DNA of 64,000 nt from the NCBI GenBank assembly GCA_963713865.1, contig OY970208.1, forward strand, positions 1,952,001-2,016,000, in the 5' to 3' direction. Position 1 is the first letter of the stretch. Each line of letters opens with the position of its first letter. Under the pieces are notes generated by a model. It searched no databases. It was not told the origin of the DNA and worked only from the letters and a program-made list of their open reading frames with translations. A program made the position numbers and the translations under genes. The DNA is from an uncultured candidate division Zixibacteria bacterium. Lineage in GTDB: Bacteria; Zixibacteria; MSB-5A5; RBG-16-43-9. Positions 1 to 9,708 of this stretch are shown here, one piece after another.

Positions 1-469
1 CAAGAACTCTTTTTACCTCCCTTAACAATGGGGATAATTCCCGAACGAAACTTCCCATGCCGAATCCTGAGTTAATAAAGGAAATACTTGAATTAGAAAC
101 ATCGGTAAGAAGATCCTCTTCTAAGTCTCTAACTACAAACTGGATATTACCTGCTGATTTATGCAGCTTTTTTTTCTGCGCTACTTTAATCATCTCAGAA
201 CTGAAATCATATCCACGAACTTGATCAAAATGTCTATGAAAGTAAAAAGCATCTCTACCTGTTCCGCAACCGAGATCTAGAGCAATTCGTCTGCGGTTCT
301 TATCTAATGATTCAATGGTGCGATTGATAACCTCCAATTCATACTCCATATAACTACCTGTGGCGAAGTTTGAGGCTGCATATATCTTATCATATTCCTC
401 TGCAGATTTGTTAGAGAGTTCTTTATGACGTTGCTTCCCTATAGTCCAATTATCTATAGTTTCAACCAT
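1..469 (-). CDS. Class I SAM-dependent methyltransferase, runs off the window start
   Basis: Manual translation from ATG 469 (GGAGG SD): MVETIDNW...IALDLGCGTGRD...GYDFSSEMI...LREVKRVL; open to position 1. Confidence 0.85.
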   Translation of the reverse strand, partial: MVETIDNWTIGKQRHKELSNKSAEEYDKIYAASNFATGSYMEYELEVINRTIESLDKNRRRIALDLGCGTGRDAFYFHRHFDQVRGYDFSSEMIKVAQKKKLHKSAGNIQFVVRDLEEDLLTDVSNSSISFINSGFGMGSFVRELSPLLREVKRVL

Positions 470-548
470 GGTTGTCCTCCTTTAATAATCTTGCCAAATA
501 GTTTATAAATAAATAGGCTGAACAGATTTTTTCTCTGTTCTTTGTTTT

Positions 549-620
549 GTAGGGGCGTATTGCAATATGCCCTACTTCTTCTGACCCTCCCTCTTATCCC
601 TCCCTACAAGGGAGGGAAGA
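549..620. repeat. GTAG-type REP-like palindrome plus CCCTCCC...GGGAGGG palindrome; the latter overlaps the folD 3' end
   Basis: gtaggggcgtattgcaatatgccctac; ccctccctacaagggaggg. Confidence 0.7.
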
Positions 621-1509
621 TTAAACCAACCCCTTTCTGCATCTTCGCTGCTTTTAGCGTATTTGACAAAAGCATCGCCACGGTCATTGGTCCTACTCCG
701 CCGGGGACAGGGGTTATGGCTTTTGCTACTTCTTTTACCTCCTCAAAATCCACGTCTCCAAAAATCCTGTAACCTTTTTCTGCGGTTTTATCCTCTACCC
801 TATTCACTCCTACGTCTATCACCACAGCTCCCGGGCTTACCATATCTCTGGTTAAAAATTTCGGTTTGCCCATAGCGGCAACGATTATATCTGCCTGTTT
901 GGTATATTTGGGAATATCCTTTGTCCCGGTATGAACTAAAGTAACTGTGGCATTGGCGCCTTTTGCTTTCTGGGACAAAATCACGGAAAGCGGTCTGCCC
1001 ACTAAACTGCCACGTCCTAAAATAACCACGTGCTTACCTGAAGGGTCATTTCCGCTTCTCATTAAAAGCTCCTGAATCCCATAAGGAGTGCAGGGTAAAA
1101 AAGTGGGCTTACCAGCCAGCATAAGCCCCAAATTATAAGGATGAAAACCATCCACGTCCTTTTCCGGGGAAATGGCTTTGATTATCTTTTCTTCAGAAAT
1201 TTGCTCAGGCAGCGGAAGCTGAACCAAAATTCCACTGATCTTATCTTTGTTATTTAGCTCTGCAATTAAATCAAGAAGCTCAGATTCTTTCATCTCCCTG
1301 GGATATTTTAAAACCTCAGAATAAATCCCGGCTTCCTCGCAGGCTTTTGCCTTGCTTCTTACATAGATTTGAGAAGCTGGGTTATCCCCCACTAAAACCG
1401 CAGCCAAGCCAGGGACTATACCCTTGCTTTTCAAGGTCTCAGTTTCACTTTTGACTTCTGCTCTGATCTGTTCTGAAATCTTTTTGCCATCGATTAATTC
1501 AGCCGCCAT
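604..1509 (-). CDS. folD: Bifunctional methylenetetrahydrofolate dehydrogenase/cyclohydrolase
   Basis: Motifs LVQLPLP, KDVDGFHP, PCTP, TPVPGGVGPMT. Confidence 0.97.
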   Translation of the reverse strand: MAAELIDGKKISEQIRAEVKSETETLKSKGIVPGLAAVLVGDNPASQIYVRSKAKACEEAGIYSEVLKYPREMKESELLDLIAELNNKDKISGILVQLPLPEQISEEKIIKAISPEKDVDGFHPYNLGLMLAGKPTFLPCTPYGIQELLMRSGNDPSGKHVVILGRGSLVGRPLSVILSQKAKGANATVTLVHTGTKDIPKYTKQADIIVAAMGKPKFLTRDMVSPGAVVIDVGVNRVEDKTAEKGYRIFGDVDFEEVKEVAKAITPVPGGVGPMTVAMLLSNTLKAAKMQKGVGLIFPPL

Positions 1510-1511
1510 TT

Positions 1512-2321
1512 TTAATCTCCCTCCATCTCTTCTTTTTGAGCTGGCAAACCAATCCTGATCCTTTCTATGTCAATAGCTCTGCCAGTATCTGAATCTATCT
1601 CCACTAAAACCCCGCAGAATCTAACATCTTCTTTGGCAATCCGGAACCTGTTTGGAATCTGGGTCAAGAAACGAGTAATAGCATCCTCTTTTATAATCCC
1701 TATGACCGAGTCGTGCGCACCGGTCATACCGGCATCAGTTATATATGCAGTTCCATTGGGCAAGATCGTCTCATCCACGGTCTGAACGTGAGTATGCGTT
1801 CCGATGACTGCAGAAACCTTACCGTCCAGATACCAGCCCAAAGCCATCTTCTCTGAAGTAGCCTCTGCATGCATATCCACTATGATTATATTTGTTTCCT
1901 GTTTTAATCTCTGAATCTCCTGATCAGCTGTGCGGAATGGGCAGTCTATTTCTTTAATATAGACCCTACCCTGCAGATTCAAGACTCCGATTTTAACTCC
2001 GTTTTTAAGCTGATAAACGACTGAGCCTTTCCCGGGAGTTTTCGGAGGATAATTTGACGGACGCAATAGATTCGGGTCTTTATCCAGATATTCATAAATC
2101 TCCTTCCGGTCCCAGATATGATTCCCTGAAGTCAGGACATTAACTCCATAACTATAGACCTTGGAGGCGATCTCCTTGGTCAAACCAAAACCACCTGCCG
2201 CATTTTCCACGTTAGCTATCACTAAATCTATCTGCTTCTCTTTTTTCAGATCAGGCAATATCTGGGAAACCGCCCACCGCCCCGGCTTCCCCATCAAATC
2301 TGCAATCAGCAGTACTTTCAA
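1512..2321 (-). CDS. ymdB: YmdB-family metallophosphoesterase (TIGR00282-like)
   Basis: NVENAAGGFG, SGNHIWD, DMHAEATSEK, GTHTHVQT; follows rny. Confidence 0.93.
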   Translation of the reverse strand: MKVLLIADLMGKPGRWAVSQILPDLKKEKQIDLVIANVENAAGGFGLTKEIASKVYSYGVNVLTSGNHIWDRKEIYEYLDKDPNLLRPSNYPPKTPGKGSVVYQLKNGVKIGVLNLQGRVYIKEIDCPFRTADQEIQRLKQETNIIIVDMHAEATSEKMALGWYLDGKVSAVIGTHTHVQTVDETILPNGTAYITDAGMTGAHDSVIGIIKEDAITRFLTQIPNRFRIAKEDVRFCGVLVEIDSDTGRAIDIERIRIGLPAQKEEMEGD

Positions 2322-2460
2322 ATTGACTCCTTTTAATAAAGTAAAAATATTTAGTTCATTTTACACAAATAGAAAAATTAATCAAGGGAAAAATTAAGAG
2401 AAATATAAAATTTATATCCAAGATATCCTTTCGAGCTGAAGTAAATAAGTTAATTATTTT

Positions 2461-2690
2461 CGTAGTGCGACCCTTTAGGGTCGCATAAGCGAGGCTAAAG
2501 CCTCACACTACGATAAACTAAAAAAGCAAAGCTGAAGCCTTGCCCTACAAATTGTAATCAAAAACTTATCCTATATAAAAAGGGCAGGACGATGTCCTGC
2601 CCCTACAATTCCCTCTCTTTTTCAAGGAGAGGGTAAGGGCGTACTACCATATAAAAAATTAAGGGCAGACACGGGGATCTGCCCCTACAA
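2461..2690. repeat. Cluster of REP-like palindromes (GTAG...CTAC families)
   Basis: cgtagtgcgaccctttagggtcgc...gaggctaaagcctcacactacg; gggcaggacgatgtcctgcccctac; gggcagacacggggatctgcccctac. Confidence 0.75.
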
Positions 2691-2729
2691 TTAATTCGTC
2701 ATTCGAAATCCGTCATCCTTCATTGATCA

Positions 2730-4289
2730 TTATTTCGCATACTCCACTGCCCGGGTCTCCCTTATAACCGTTACTTTTATCTGTCCGGGGTATTCCATCT
2801 CCGCTTCGATTTTCTTGGCAATCTCCTGGGCTAAATTAGTCGCTCCGGCATCGTCTATATGCTCGTGTTCCACGATTATCCTTATCTCCCTGCCAGCCTG
2901 AATGGCATAGGCTTTGGTTACCCCCTTAAAAGAATCTGCCAATTCTTCCAACTTCTCCAGCCGCTTAATATACCCTTCTAAGGTCTCCCTTCTGGCACCT
3001 GGTCGAGCACCGGAGATCGCATCTGCTGATTGAACCATAATCGAATATGGAGATTCCATAGGCACGTCTTCGTGATGTGAAAGAATGGCATTTAAGACCA
3101 AGGGATGTTCACCATATTTCTGGGCAATGTTGTATCCGATCTGGGAATGGGTTCCTTCAGTCTCCCGGTCTACAGCTTTTCCTATATCGTGTAAAAGCCC
3201 TGCTCTTTTGGCTAAATTTGCATCTAACTCTAATTCTGCCGCCATCAGCCCGGCAATGAAAGACACTTCTTTGGAATGCTGGAGCACGTTTTGACCATAG
3301 CTGGTTCGAAATTGAAGTTTCCCTAAGAGCTTGATGATCTCCGGATGAAGCCCGTGAATCCCTACGTCAAAGCAGGCCTGTTCCCCGGTCTCACGTATAA
3401 TAACCTCCATCTCTTTTTGAGTCTTGGTTATTATCTCCTCAATCCGGGCAGGATGAATTCTGCCGTCTAAGATCAGCTTTTCCAGAGACATCCGTGCAAT
3501 CTCCCTCCGGATCGGGTCATATCCTGAAAGGATAACTGCCTCAGGCGTATCGTCCACTATCACGTCAATTCCGGTTGCCGTCTCAAAAGACCTGATGTTC
3601 CTTCCCTCTCTTCCGATTATCCTTCCCTTCATCTCTTCGTTCGGAAGATTGACTACCGAAACCGTTGACTCAACTGTATGGTCAGCGGCACACCGCTGGA
3701 TTGCTGAGATGATGATATTCTTGGCTTCTTTTTCAGCAGTCTCTTCAGCTTTCTCTTTGATCTCTTTTATCAGTTGAGCAGCTTCCTGGCGTGCCTGGTT
3801 TTCTAAGTTTGTCATTAACAGTTTCTTAGCCTCTTCAGATGTCATTTGAGCTATCCTCTCCAGCTGCCTGTTCTGATCAGAAATCAGTCGATTTAACTCC
3901 TCGTCTCTGGATCGGATAGCTTTTTCTCTGGCATAAAGGATTTTCTCTTTATTCTGTATCTCACGATCTTTCTTATTGAGGATATCTACTTTGCGATCTA
4001 AATTAATTTCTCTTTCCTGAAGCCTTTTTTCGATCTTCTGGAATTCTAATCTCTTATTAGCCAGTTCTCTTTCGAAATTTGCCTTAGCTTTATACCACTC
4101 ATCCCTAGCCTCTAAAACCGCTTCTTTCTTCTTTATTTCAGCCTCTTTCTCCGCCTCCAGGACTATCTTCCGGGCTAATTCTTCGGCCTTGGCTAATTTA
4201 GCCTCCCCGATCCTCCGGCTAACAAACCAGCCAAGAAAGAAAGAAAGAACTGCAATTGCCACTCCTAATACAATCAATGGAACAACCAT
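2730..4289 (-). CDS. rny: Ribonuclease Y
   Basis: N-terminal TM helix, coiled coil, KH ([12 protein letters not shown]), HD (LLHDIGK); ATG 4289 after AGGAGGAGG preferred to the ORF-track start 4310. Confidence 0.97.
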   Translation of the reverse strand: MVVPLIVLGVAIAVLSFFLGWFVSRRIGEAKLAKAEELARKIVLEAEKEAEIKKKEAVLEARDEWYKAKANFERELANKRLEFQKIEKRLQEREINLDRKVDILNKKDREIQNKEKILYAREKAIRSRDEELNRLISDQNRQLERIAQMTSEEAKKLLMTNLENQARQEAAQLIKEIKEKAEETAEKEAKNIIISAIQRCAADHTVESTVSVVNLPNEEMKGRIIGREGRNIRSFETATGIDVIVDDTPEAVILSGYDPIRREIARMSLEKLILDGRIHPARIEEIITKTQKEMEVIIRETGEQACFDVGIHGLHPEIIKLLGKLQFRTSYGQNVLQHSKEVSFIAGLMAAELELDANLAKRAGLLHDIGKAVDRETEGTHSQIGYNIAQKYGEHPLVLNAILSHHEDVPMESPYSIMVQSADAISGARPGARRETLEGYIKRLEKLEELADSFKGVTKAYAIQAGREIRIIVEHEHIDDAGATNLAQEIAKKIEAEMEYPGQIKVTVIRETRAVEYAK

Positions 4290-4302
4290 ATCCTCCTCCT
4301 TT

Positions 4303-4379
4303 AAAAACAAAAACCCACTTAGCTAAAAATCTTTCATCTCGCCTACGGCGGAATAAAAGACTTCAAGTTAAGTGGGTTT
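4303..4379 (-). terminator. Long hairpin (about 70 nt) with T-tract between zapA and rny
   Basis: Minus strand AAACCCACTTA...TAAGTGGGTTT then TTGTTTTT. Confidence 0.55.
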
Positions 4380-4396
4380 ATCCAGATAGATAAATA

Positions 4397-4708
4397 TTAT
4401 TCTTCTATCAACTTAGCATCTAACCACTCTATCAAAGATTGGGTTTTCTCTTCAACTTCCGAGAGTTTTTTTTCTTTATCTTCCCTTTCCTTGAAAAGCT
4501 CATCTGCAATATTCAAAGCTGCCAGGACCGCAATCTGAGTCTGGTTACGAGCAGGAATTTTTTCTGCTATCTCCTTCATTTTTCGGTTTACATAGTCTGC
4601 CACACCTTGAACATAACCTGAATCTGCTTCAGACTTTATAGGATATTCCTGTCCGTAGATATTTACTTTAATGCTTTGTTTTCTGTCTTCGTTAAGTTCC
4701 TGCGACAT
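4397..4708 (-). CDS. zapA: Cell division protein ZapA
   Basis: VNIYGQEYPI...AVLAALNIADEL; pheT-zapA-rny synteny. Confidence 0.92.
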   Translation of the reverse strand: MSQELNEDRKQSIKVNIYGQEYPIKSEADSGYVQGVADYVNRKMKEIAEKIPARNQTQIAVLAALNIADELFKEREDKEKKLSEVEEKTQSLIEWLDAKLIEE

Positions 4709-4774
4709 TTTAAATTATCTTAAAATCGTTTTTTCTCCACTTAACTTGAATTATATTAAACTTATGCTTTGATT

Positions 4775-4803
4775 ATGATAAAGTATTAACTTAAGTTTGT
4801 CAA
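4775..4803 (-). promoter_or_regulatory. sigma70 promoter of zapA-rny
   Basis: TTGACA-N17-TATCAT. Confidence 0.65.
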
Positions 4804-4811
4804 GTTAAAAT

Positions 4812-5087
4812 TTAGTCAATATCACTCAATCTGGCTAAAAGGTTTTCTATCCTCCTTTTGATCTTTTCCTCTTTATTTCTTATACTTTCTTTCCTCTCGT
4901 TTATTTGAGCTTTGAGCTGGTTATTTTCTTGAGCTAATCCCTTATTCTTCCCTTCGATCTCAAAAACATTAGAGGAAAGTTTGTTATAGGAGCTAGTTAC
5001 TTGTCTGTTCTCCTCTTTTAATTTATCGACCAATTCAAGAACCTTATTTATCTTAAGTTCTAACTCTTCTAAACTATCCCAGTGCAT
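4812..5087 (-). CDS. ZapB-like coiled-coil protein
   Basis: All coiled coil (LEELELKINKVLELVDKLKEEN...IENLLARL), directly upstream of zapA. Confidence 0.7.
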   Translation of the reverse strand: MHWDSLEELELKINKVLELVDKLKEENRQVTSSYNKLSSNVFEIEGKNKGLAQENNQLKAQINERKESIRNKEEKIKRRIENLLARLSDID

Positions 5088-5098
5088 ATAACCTCCTT

Positions 5099-7504
5099 TT
5101 ACTCCCTGAGCTCAGCTCCATATCTTTCTTTCAACCCCTCTGTGATTTTTTTATGCACCTTCCCGACTTCTTCCTCCGTAAGGGTTTTTTCCTCAGAGCG
5201 ATACCAGATGGTAAAGGCTAAACTTTTCTTGCCTGCAGGCACCTGTGACCCTTTATAAAGATCAAAAAGGTGAACTTTTTCCACCATCTCGCCCCCTGAT
5301 TTCTGGATTTCAGTTTCCAGGTCTTTAGATAAAATCCCTTCATCCACCACCAGGGAAATATCCCTCTCAACCCCGGGAAACCTGGGTAGTGGTGTGTAGG
5401 ATCTGGGTGGAGGAATAACCTCAGACAGGGTTTGAAAATCTATCTCCGCTAAAAAGATCTCCTGATCTAAATCAAAAAGCTTCAAAATCTCATCTGAAAT
5501 CTTCCCTAAACAACCCCATACCTTACCTTGACTCCGAAGCTCGAAAGAGATCTTTTCTGAGAAAAGGTTTAAATCCTCTGGTAAAATGTCGTGCTCTTCT
5601 ATTCTTAAATCATCGATCAAATCTTCAATGATCCCCTTAAGGTCATAAAAATCAACACTTTTTTCTTTCTCACCCCAGAAAATTGGATCCTTTCTACCGC
5701 AAAGAGCTATTTGCAACTGTAGTCTCTCATCCGGTTTCTCTTTTCCCCTTGACCAGAATACCTTCCCTAATTCAAATATCCTCAGATCTTTTTCTTTTCT
5801 GTTCAGATTCCAGGAGATTATGGAGAGAAGATTATAACTAAGCGAGGTTGTCAAAAGAGATAACTCATCATTCAAAGGATTGAGAACACTGATTCCTTTT
5901 TTGTAAGGATTGATTTTACTCATTTTGACTGGATCAACTAAATTGTTAGAGACAACCTCAAATAGACCCTTCCCCGCTAAGAAATTTTTGACTCTTTTTA
6001 TAAGTCTTTCTTCCTCAGATATAGGAGTAAGAAGTTCACCTCCAGCCCTGAAGGAGCTATCAATTTTATCATAGCTGTAAATCCGTGCCACTTCTTCGAT
6101 CAGGTCTATTTCCCTGGTCAAGTCCGGTCTGAATGTTGGAATCTCTATAGATAAAGCATCAGGTTCCCTATCTAAAACTTTTATCTCCAAATTCTCAAAG
6201 ATCCCTTCAATCTCCTTTTGGACAATTCCAGTCCCTAGGATCTTATTGCATCTTTGAGGTCTGAAGGAAATTCTTGCAGGCAAGATAGATTTTGGATAGT
6301 TATCTACTACCCCTTTTAAGATTTTGCCTTGACAGATATCTGCCATAAGTTGAGTTGCCCTGTCTGATGCCTGAATAACTATATTTGGATCTGCTCCTCT
6401 TTCAAACCGGTAGGAAGCTTCCGTGTTCAATCCTAAAGAAATTCTCCCTCTGCGGATCACCCTCGGATCAAAATAAGCGCTTTCCAGGAGAACGTTTTTA
6501 GTCTTCTCAGTAACTTCGCTTTCCAGCCCACCCATTATTCCTGCAATCGCTATAGGCTTACTCCCATCAGTTATAAGAAGAACCTCTGGATTTAATACCC
6601 GTTCTACTCCATCTAAGGTAAAAAATTTCTCCTTCTCCTTTGCCCTGCGGACTAATACTTTCCTGGATGGTTTGCCTGAGAATTTAGTAAAAAGGTCATA
6701 ATCAAAAGCATGTAACGGATGGCCTGTTTCCATCAATATGAAATTGGTAATATCAACCACATTATTAATCCCCCTCGTTCCGCAGCACTCTAATTTTCTT
6801 CTGAGCCAGAAAGGGGATTTGGTAACCTTTACTTCTTTAATTACCCTGGCAGAATAACGAGAACAGCCTAAAGTGTCTTCTATTAAGACCCTTACCCAGT
6901 TTGAGGTAGACTCTTCTATCTCTTTAATAAAATACTCAGGTTTTTTGAGTTTTCCTCCGGAAAGTGCGGCTATATCCCTGGCTATACCGATCATAGAGGC
7001 GGCATCCGGACGATTTGGAGTCAAATCAATGTCTAAAACAAAATCTTCTAAGTCCAAGGCTTGACTTAAAAGTTCCCCGACTTTTCGATCGTCATCTAAG
7101 ATCATTATCACTTCTGACTCCTCACCTATCCCTAATTCCTTTTCAGAACAAATCATCCCGAATGAGTCAATTCCCTTTAAATTCGCTTTTTCTATCTGAA
7201 TATTAAAAGGAAGTTTCGCTCCAATCAAGGCTACCGGAACTTTTGCACCTGACACCACATTTTTCGCCCCGCATATTATCTGCAAAACCTCTTTCCCTGT
7301 ATCAACCAGGCAAACAGACAGCTTCTCAGCCTCCGGGTGTTTTTCAACTTTTTTGATCTGCCCTACTATAACCTTTTCTAATCCTTTTCCCCGGGATTCA
7401 ATCGACTCGACCTCTAAACCAGCTAAGGTTAACCTGTCTGCCAGCTCTTCCACTGACCAGTTGAAATCAACTAATTCTTTTAGCCATTTATAACTTGTCT
7501 TCAT
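5099..7504 (-). CDS. pheT: Phenylalanine--tRNA ligase beta subunit
   Basis: LTPNRPD, GHPLHAFD, SYRFERG, FRPDL..EIDLIEE, C-terminal FDX-ACB. Confidence 0.98.
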   Translation of the reverse strand: MKTSYKWLKELVDFNWSVEELADRLTLAGLEVESIESRGKGLEKVIVGQIKKVEKHPEAEKLSVCLVDTGKEVLQIICGAKNVVSGAKVPVALIGAKLPFNIQIEKANLKGIDSFGMICSEKELGIGEESEVIMILDDDRKVGELLSQALDLEDFVLDIDLTPNRPDAASMIGIARDIAALSGGKLKKPEYFIKEIEESTSNWVRVLIEDTLGCSRYSARVIKEVKVTKSPFWLRRKLECCGTRGINNVVDITNFILMETGHPLHAFDYDLFTKFSGKPSRKVLVRRAKEKEKFFTLDGVERVLNPEVLLITDGSKPIAIAGIMGGLESEVTEKTKNVLLESAYFDPRVIRRGRISLGLNTEASYRFERGADPNIVIQASDRATQLMADICQGKILKGVVDNYPKSILPARISFRPQRCNKILGTGIVQKEIEGIFENLEIKVLDREPDALSIEIPTFRPDLTREIDLIEEVARIYSYDKIDSSFRAGGELLTPISEEERLIKRVKNFLAGKGLFEVVSNNLVDPVKMSKINPYKKGISVLNPLNDELSLLTTSLSYNLLSIISWNLNRKEKDLRIFELGKVFWSRGKEKPDERLQLQIALCGRKDPIFWGEKEKSVDFYDLKGIIEDLIDDLRIEEHDILPEDLNLFSEKISFELRSQGKVWGCLGKISDEILKLFDLDQEIFLAEIDFQTLSEVIPPPRSYTPLPRFPGVERDISLVVDEGILSKDLETEIQKSGGEMVEKVHLFDLYKGSQVPAGKKSLAFTIWYRSEEKTLTEEEVGKVHKKITEGLKERYGAELRE

Positions 7505-7505
7505 C

Positions 7506-8537
7506 TTAAAACTGCCTTAAAAATCTTAAATCATTCTCATAGAATAGACGGATATCGTCAATCCTGTATTTTAACAGTGCAATCCGGTCCACACCCAATC
7601 CAAAGGCATATCCAGAATATTTTTCCGGGTCATACCCAACTGCTTTGAATACTTCTGGATCTATCATCCCTGCCCCCAAAATCTCAAGCCAGCCCCGATA
7701 TTTACAAAGACTACACCCTTTACCTTTACAGATTATGCATCTGATGTCCACCTCAGCCGAAGGTTCAGTGAAAGGGAAGAAACTTGCTCTAAAGCGTAGT
7801 TCAACCTCTTTTTCGAAAAATTCTTTTACAAATGCGACTAAAGCCCCTTTCAGATCTGCGAAAGTCACACCCTCATCTACATAAAACCCTTCCACTTGAT
7901 AGAAAAGACAGAAACTCCGGGAATTAATTGCCTCATGTCTGTAAACTCTCCCTGGAGCTAAAATTTTAACTGGCGGTTTTCTTTTTTCGAAAACTCTGAC
8001 TTGAACTGGAGAGGTATGCGTTCTAAGGATCAAACCCTCACCCAGATAAAATGTATCCTGCATATCTCTAGCTGGATGATCCTGAGGGAAATTCAAAGCA
8101 TCAAAGTTATAGTAGTTAGTCTCGATATCGGGCCCCTTTACTACTTCAAATCCCATTCCATAGAATATCTGCACTATCCGTTCTAAAACTTGAGTAAGAG
8201 GATGAAGCTTCCCTTCCCAGCTTTTTCGTCCAGGTAAAGTGAAGTCAAAAAACTCTATAGGTGCAATTTTCTCCTTTTCTTTCAGCTCCTGAACTTTTGC
8301 CTGCAAAATCTCATCTAATCTAATTTTTATCAGATTTGCCTTTTGACCAGCCTGAGGTCTATTTTCTAAAGGAAGGGTTTTTAACTCCTTAAGTAAAGTG
8401 GAGAACTTCCCCTTTCGGCTGAGATACTCGGATTTGAGCTCTTCAAGTTCTCTAAGATTTGAGACAGATTTTAACCTGCCTATAACTGTTTCTTCTATTT
8501 CCTCTAAACTTTTTAAAAAAGTCATCCTGTTTTTCAA
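7506..8537 (-). CDS. pheS: Phenylalanine--tRNA ligase alpha subunit
   Basis: HPARDMQDTFY, LRTHTS, FPFTEPS, CxxC...CxxC insert. Confidence 0.98.
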   Translation of the reverse strand: MKNRMTFLKSLEEIEETVIGRLKSVSNLRELEELKSEYLSRKGKFSTLLKELKTLPLENRPQAGQKANLIKIRLDEILQAKVQELKEKEKIAPIEFFDFTLPGRKSWEGKLHPLTQVLERIVQIFYGMGFEVVKGPDIETNYYNFDALNFPQDHPARDMQDTFYLGEGLILRTHTSPVQVRVFEKRKPPVKILAPGRVYRHEAINSRSFCLFYQVEGFYVDEGVTFADLKGALVAFVKEFFEKEVELRFRASFFPFTEPSAEVDIRCIICKGKGCSLCKYRGWLEILGAGMIDPEVFKAVGYDPEKYSGYAFGLGVDRIALLKYRIDDIRLFYENDLRFLRQF

Positions 8538-8541
8538 TAAA

Positions 8542-8903
8542 TCATGCAGTCCGAGTTTTTACCCTGGCAATCTCTACTAATTTTTCAAAAGCCTTCAAAT
8601 CTTTCACTGCAATCTCTGAAAGGATTTTCCTGTCCAGTATAATCCCGGCTTTCTTCAAACCGTTTATAAAGGCTCCATAAGTCAAACCAAAAAGTCTGGC
8701 TGCTGCATTAATTCTGCTAATCCAGAGTCCGCGTAAATCCCTCTTTTTGGTCCTCCTATCCCGGTAAGCATAGACTCTCGCCCTTGCTACCGCTTCTTTA
8801 GCAGTACGAATCAACTTGCTACGTCCCCCATAAAATCCCCTGGCTTCTTTAAGTATCTTTTTCTTTCTTCTCTTGGATGCAACCGGTAGGTAGCTCTGGG
8901 CAT
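8542..8903 (-). CDS. rplT: 50S ribosomal protein L20, with an apparent 1-nt deletion near codon 6
   Basis: SD plus ATG 8903 gives MPRAT; the L20 body ([23 protein letters not shown]...YAYRDRR) is in another frame; span 362 nt. Confidence 0.9.
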
Positions 8904-8950
8904 CTTCTTTTCCTCCTGTTTATTTCAATTTGTTAAATAAATTTAACCTC

Positions 8951-9145
8951 TCAAGTGGAGATTATCCTCTTAATTCTTGCCTGATCGGCCTTACTCACCA
9001 AAACCCTTTTTCTTAATCCCCTCTTCCGCTTGGAGGTTTTACTGGTAAGGATATGGCTTTTAAAGGCTTTGCTTCTTTTGATTTTACCCTTACTAGTAAG
9101 CTTAAATCTTTTTCTGGCACTCCTTGATGTTTTTATTTTGGGCAT
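8951..9145 (-). CDS. rpmI: 50S ribosomal protein L35
   Basis: MPKIKT...KRFKLT...SHIL; infC-rpmI-rplT order. Confidence 0.97.
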   Translation of the reverse strand: MPKIKTSRSARKRFKLTSKGKIKRSKAFKSHILTSKTSKRKRGLRKRVLVSKADQARIKRIIST

Positions 9146-9175
9146 TCTCTAAATCTCTTTTTAAAAGTTTTTACA

Positions 9176-9688
9176 TTATCCTTTGGGCATGAAAGTTAGA
9201 GAAAGGTTCCGACCTTCGAACTTAGCCTTTTGTTCAATCATCCCCAAATCTTTCAGATCTTCCTCCAATCTCTGGATGACCTTCTGACCTAATTCTTGAT
9301 GAGCCATTTCTCTACCTCGAAATTCCACAAAAATTTTCACCTTGTTCCCTTTTTCCAAGAACTCCCGTATATGTCTGAGTTTAAACTGATAATCATGTTC
9401 CTCGATCTTGGGTCTCAGTCTCATCTCTTTCATATGAATGACATGCTGTTTCTTTTTGGCACTTTTTACCTTCTTGCTCAGCTCGTATTTATATTTTCCA
9501 TAATCCATAATTTTGCACACTGGTGGCTTAGCTGAAGGCGAGATCTCAACAAGGTCATACCCCTTATCTATTGCCATTTTCAATGCTTCGCGGGTAGGAA
9601 CTATCCCGATTTGTTCTCCAGTGTTATCAATAAGCCTGACCTGGGGAACCCTTATTCTCTCGTTCACCCGAATGTATTTCTCTGCTAT
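9176..9688 (-). CDS. infC: Translation initiation factor IF-3, probable ATA start
   Basis: RVNERI..VRLI, PPVCKIMDYGKYKY, FRGRE; GGAGG-N8-ATA at 9688. Confidence 0.96.
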   Translation of the reverse strand: MAEKYIRVNERIRVPQVRLIDNTGEQIGIVPTREALKMAIDKGYDLVEISPSAKPPVCKIMDYGKYKYELSKKVKSAKKKQHVIHMKEMRLRPKIEEHDYQFKLRHIREFLEKGNKVKIFVEFRGREMAHQELGQKVIQRLEEDLKDLGMIEQKAKFEGRNLSLTFMPKG

Positions 9689-9708
9689 ACTTCTCACCTC
9701 CTCTTCTG

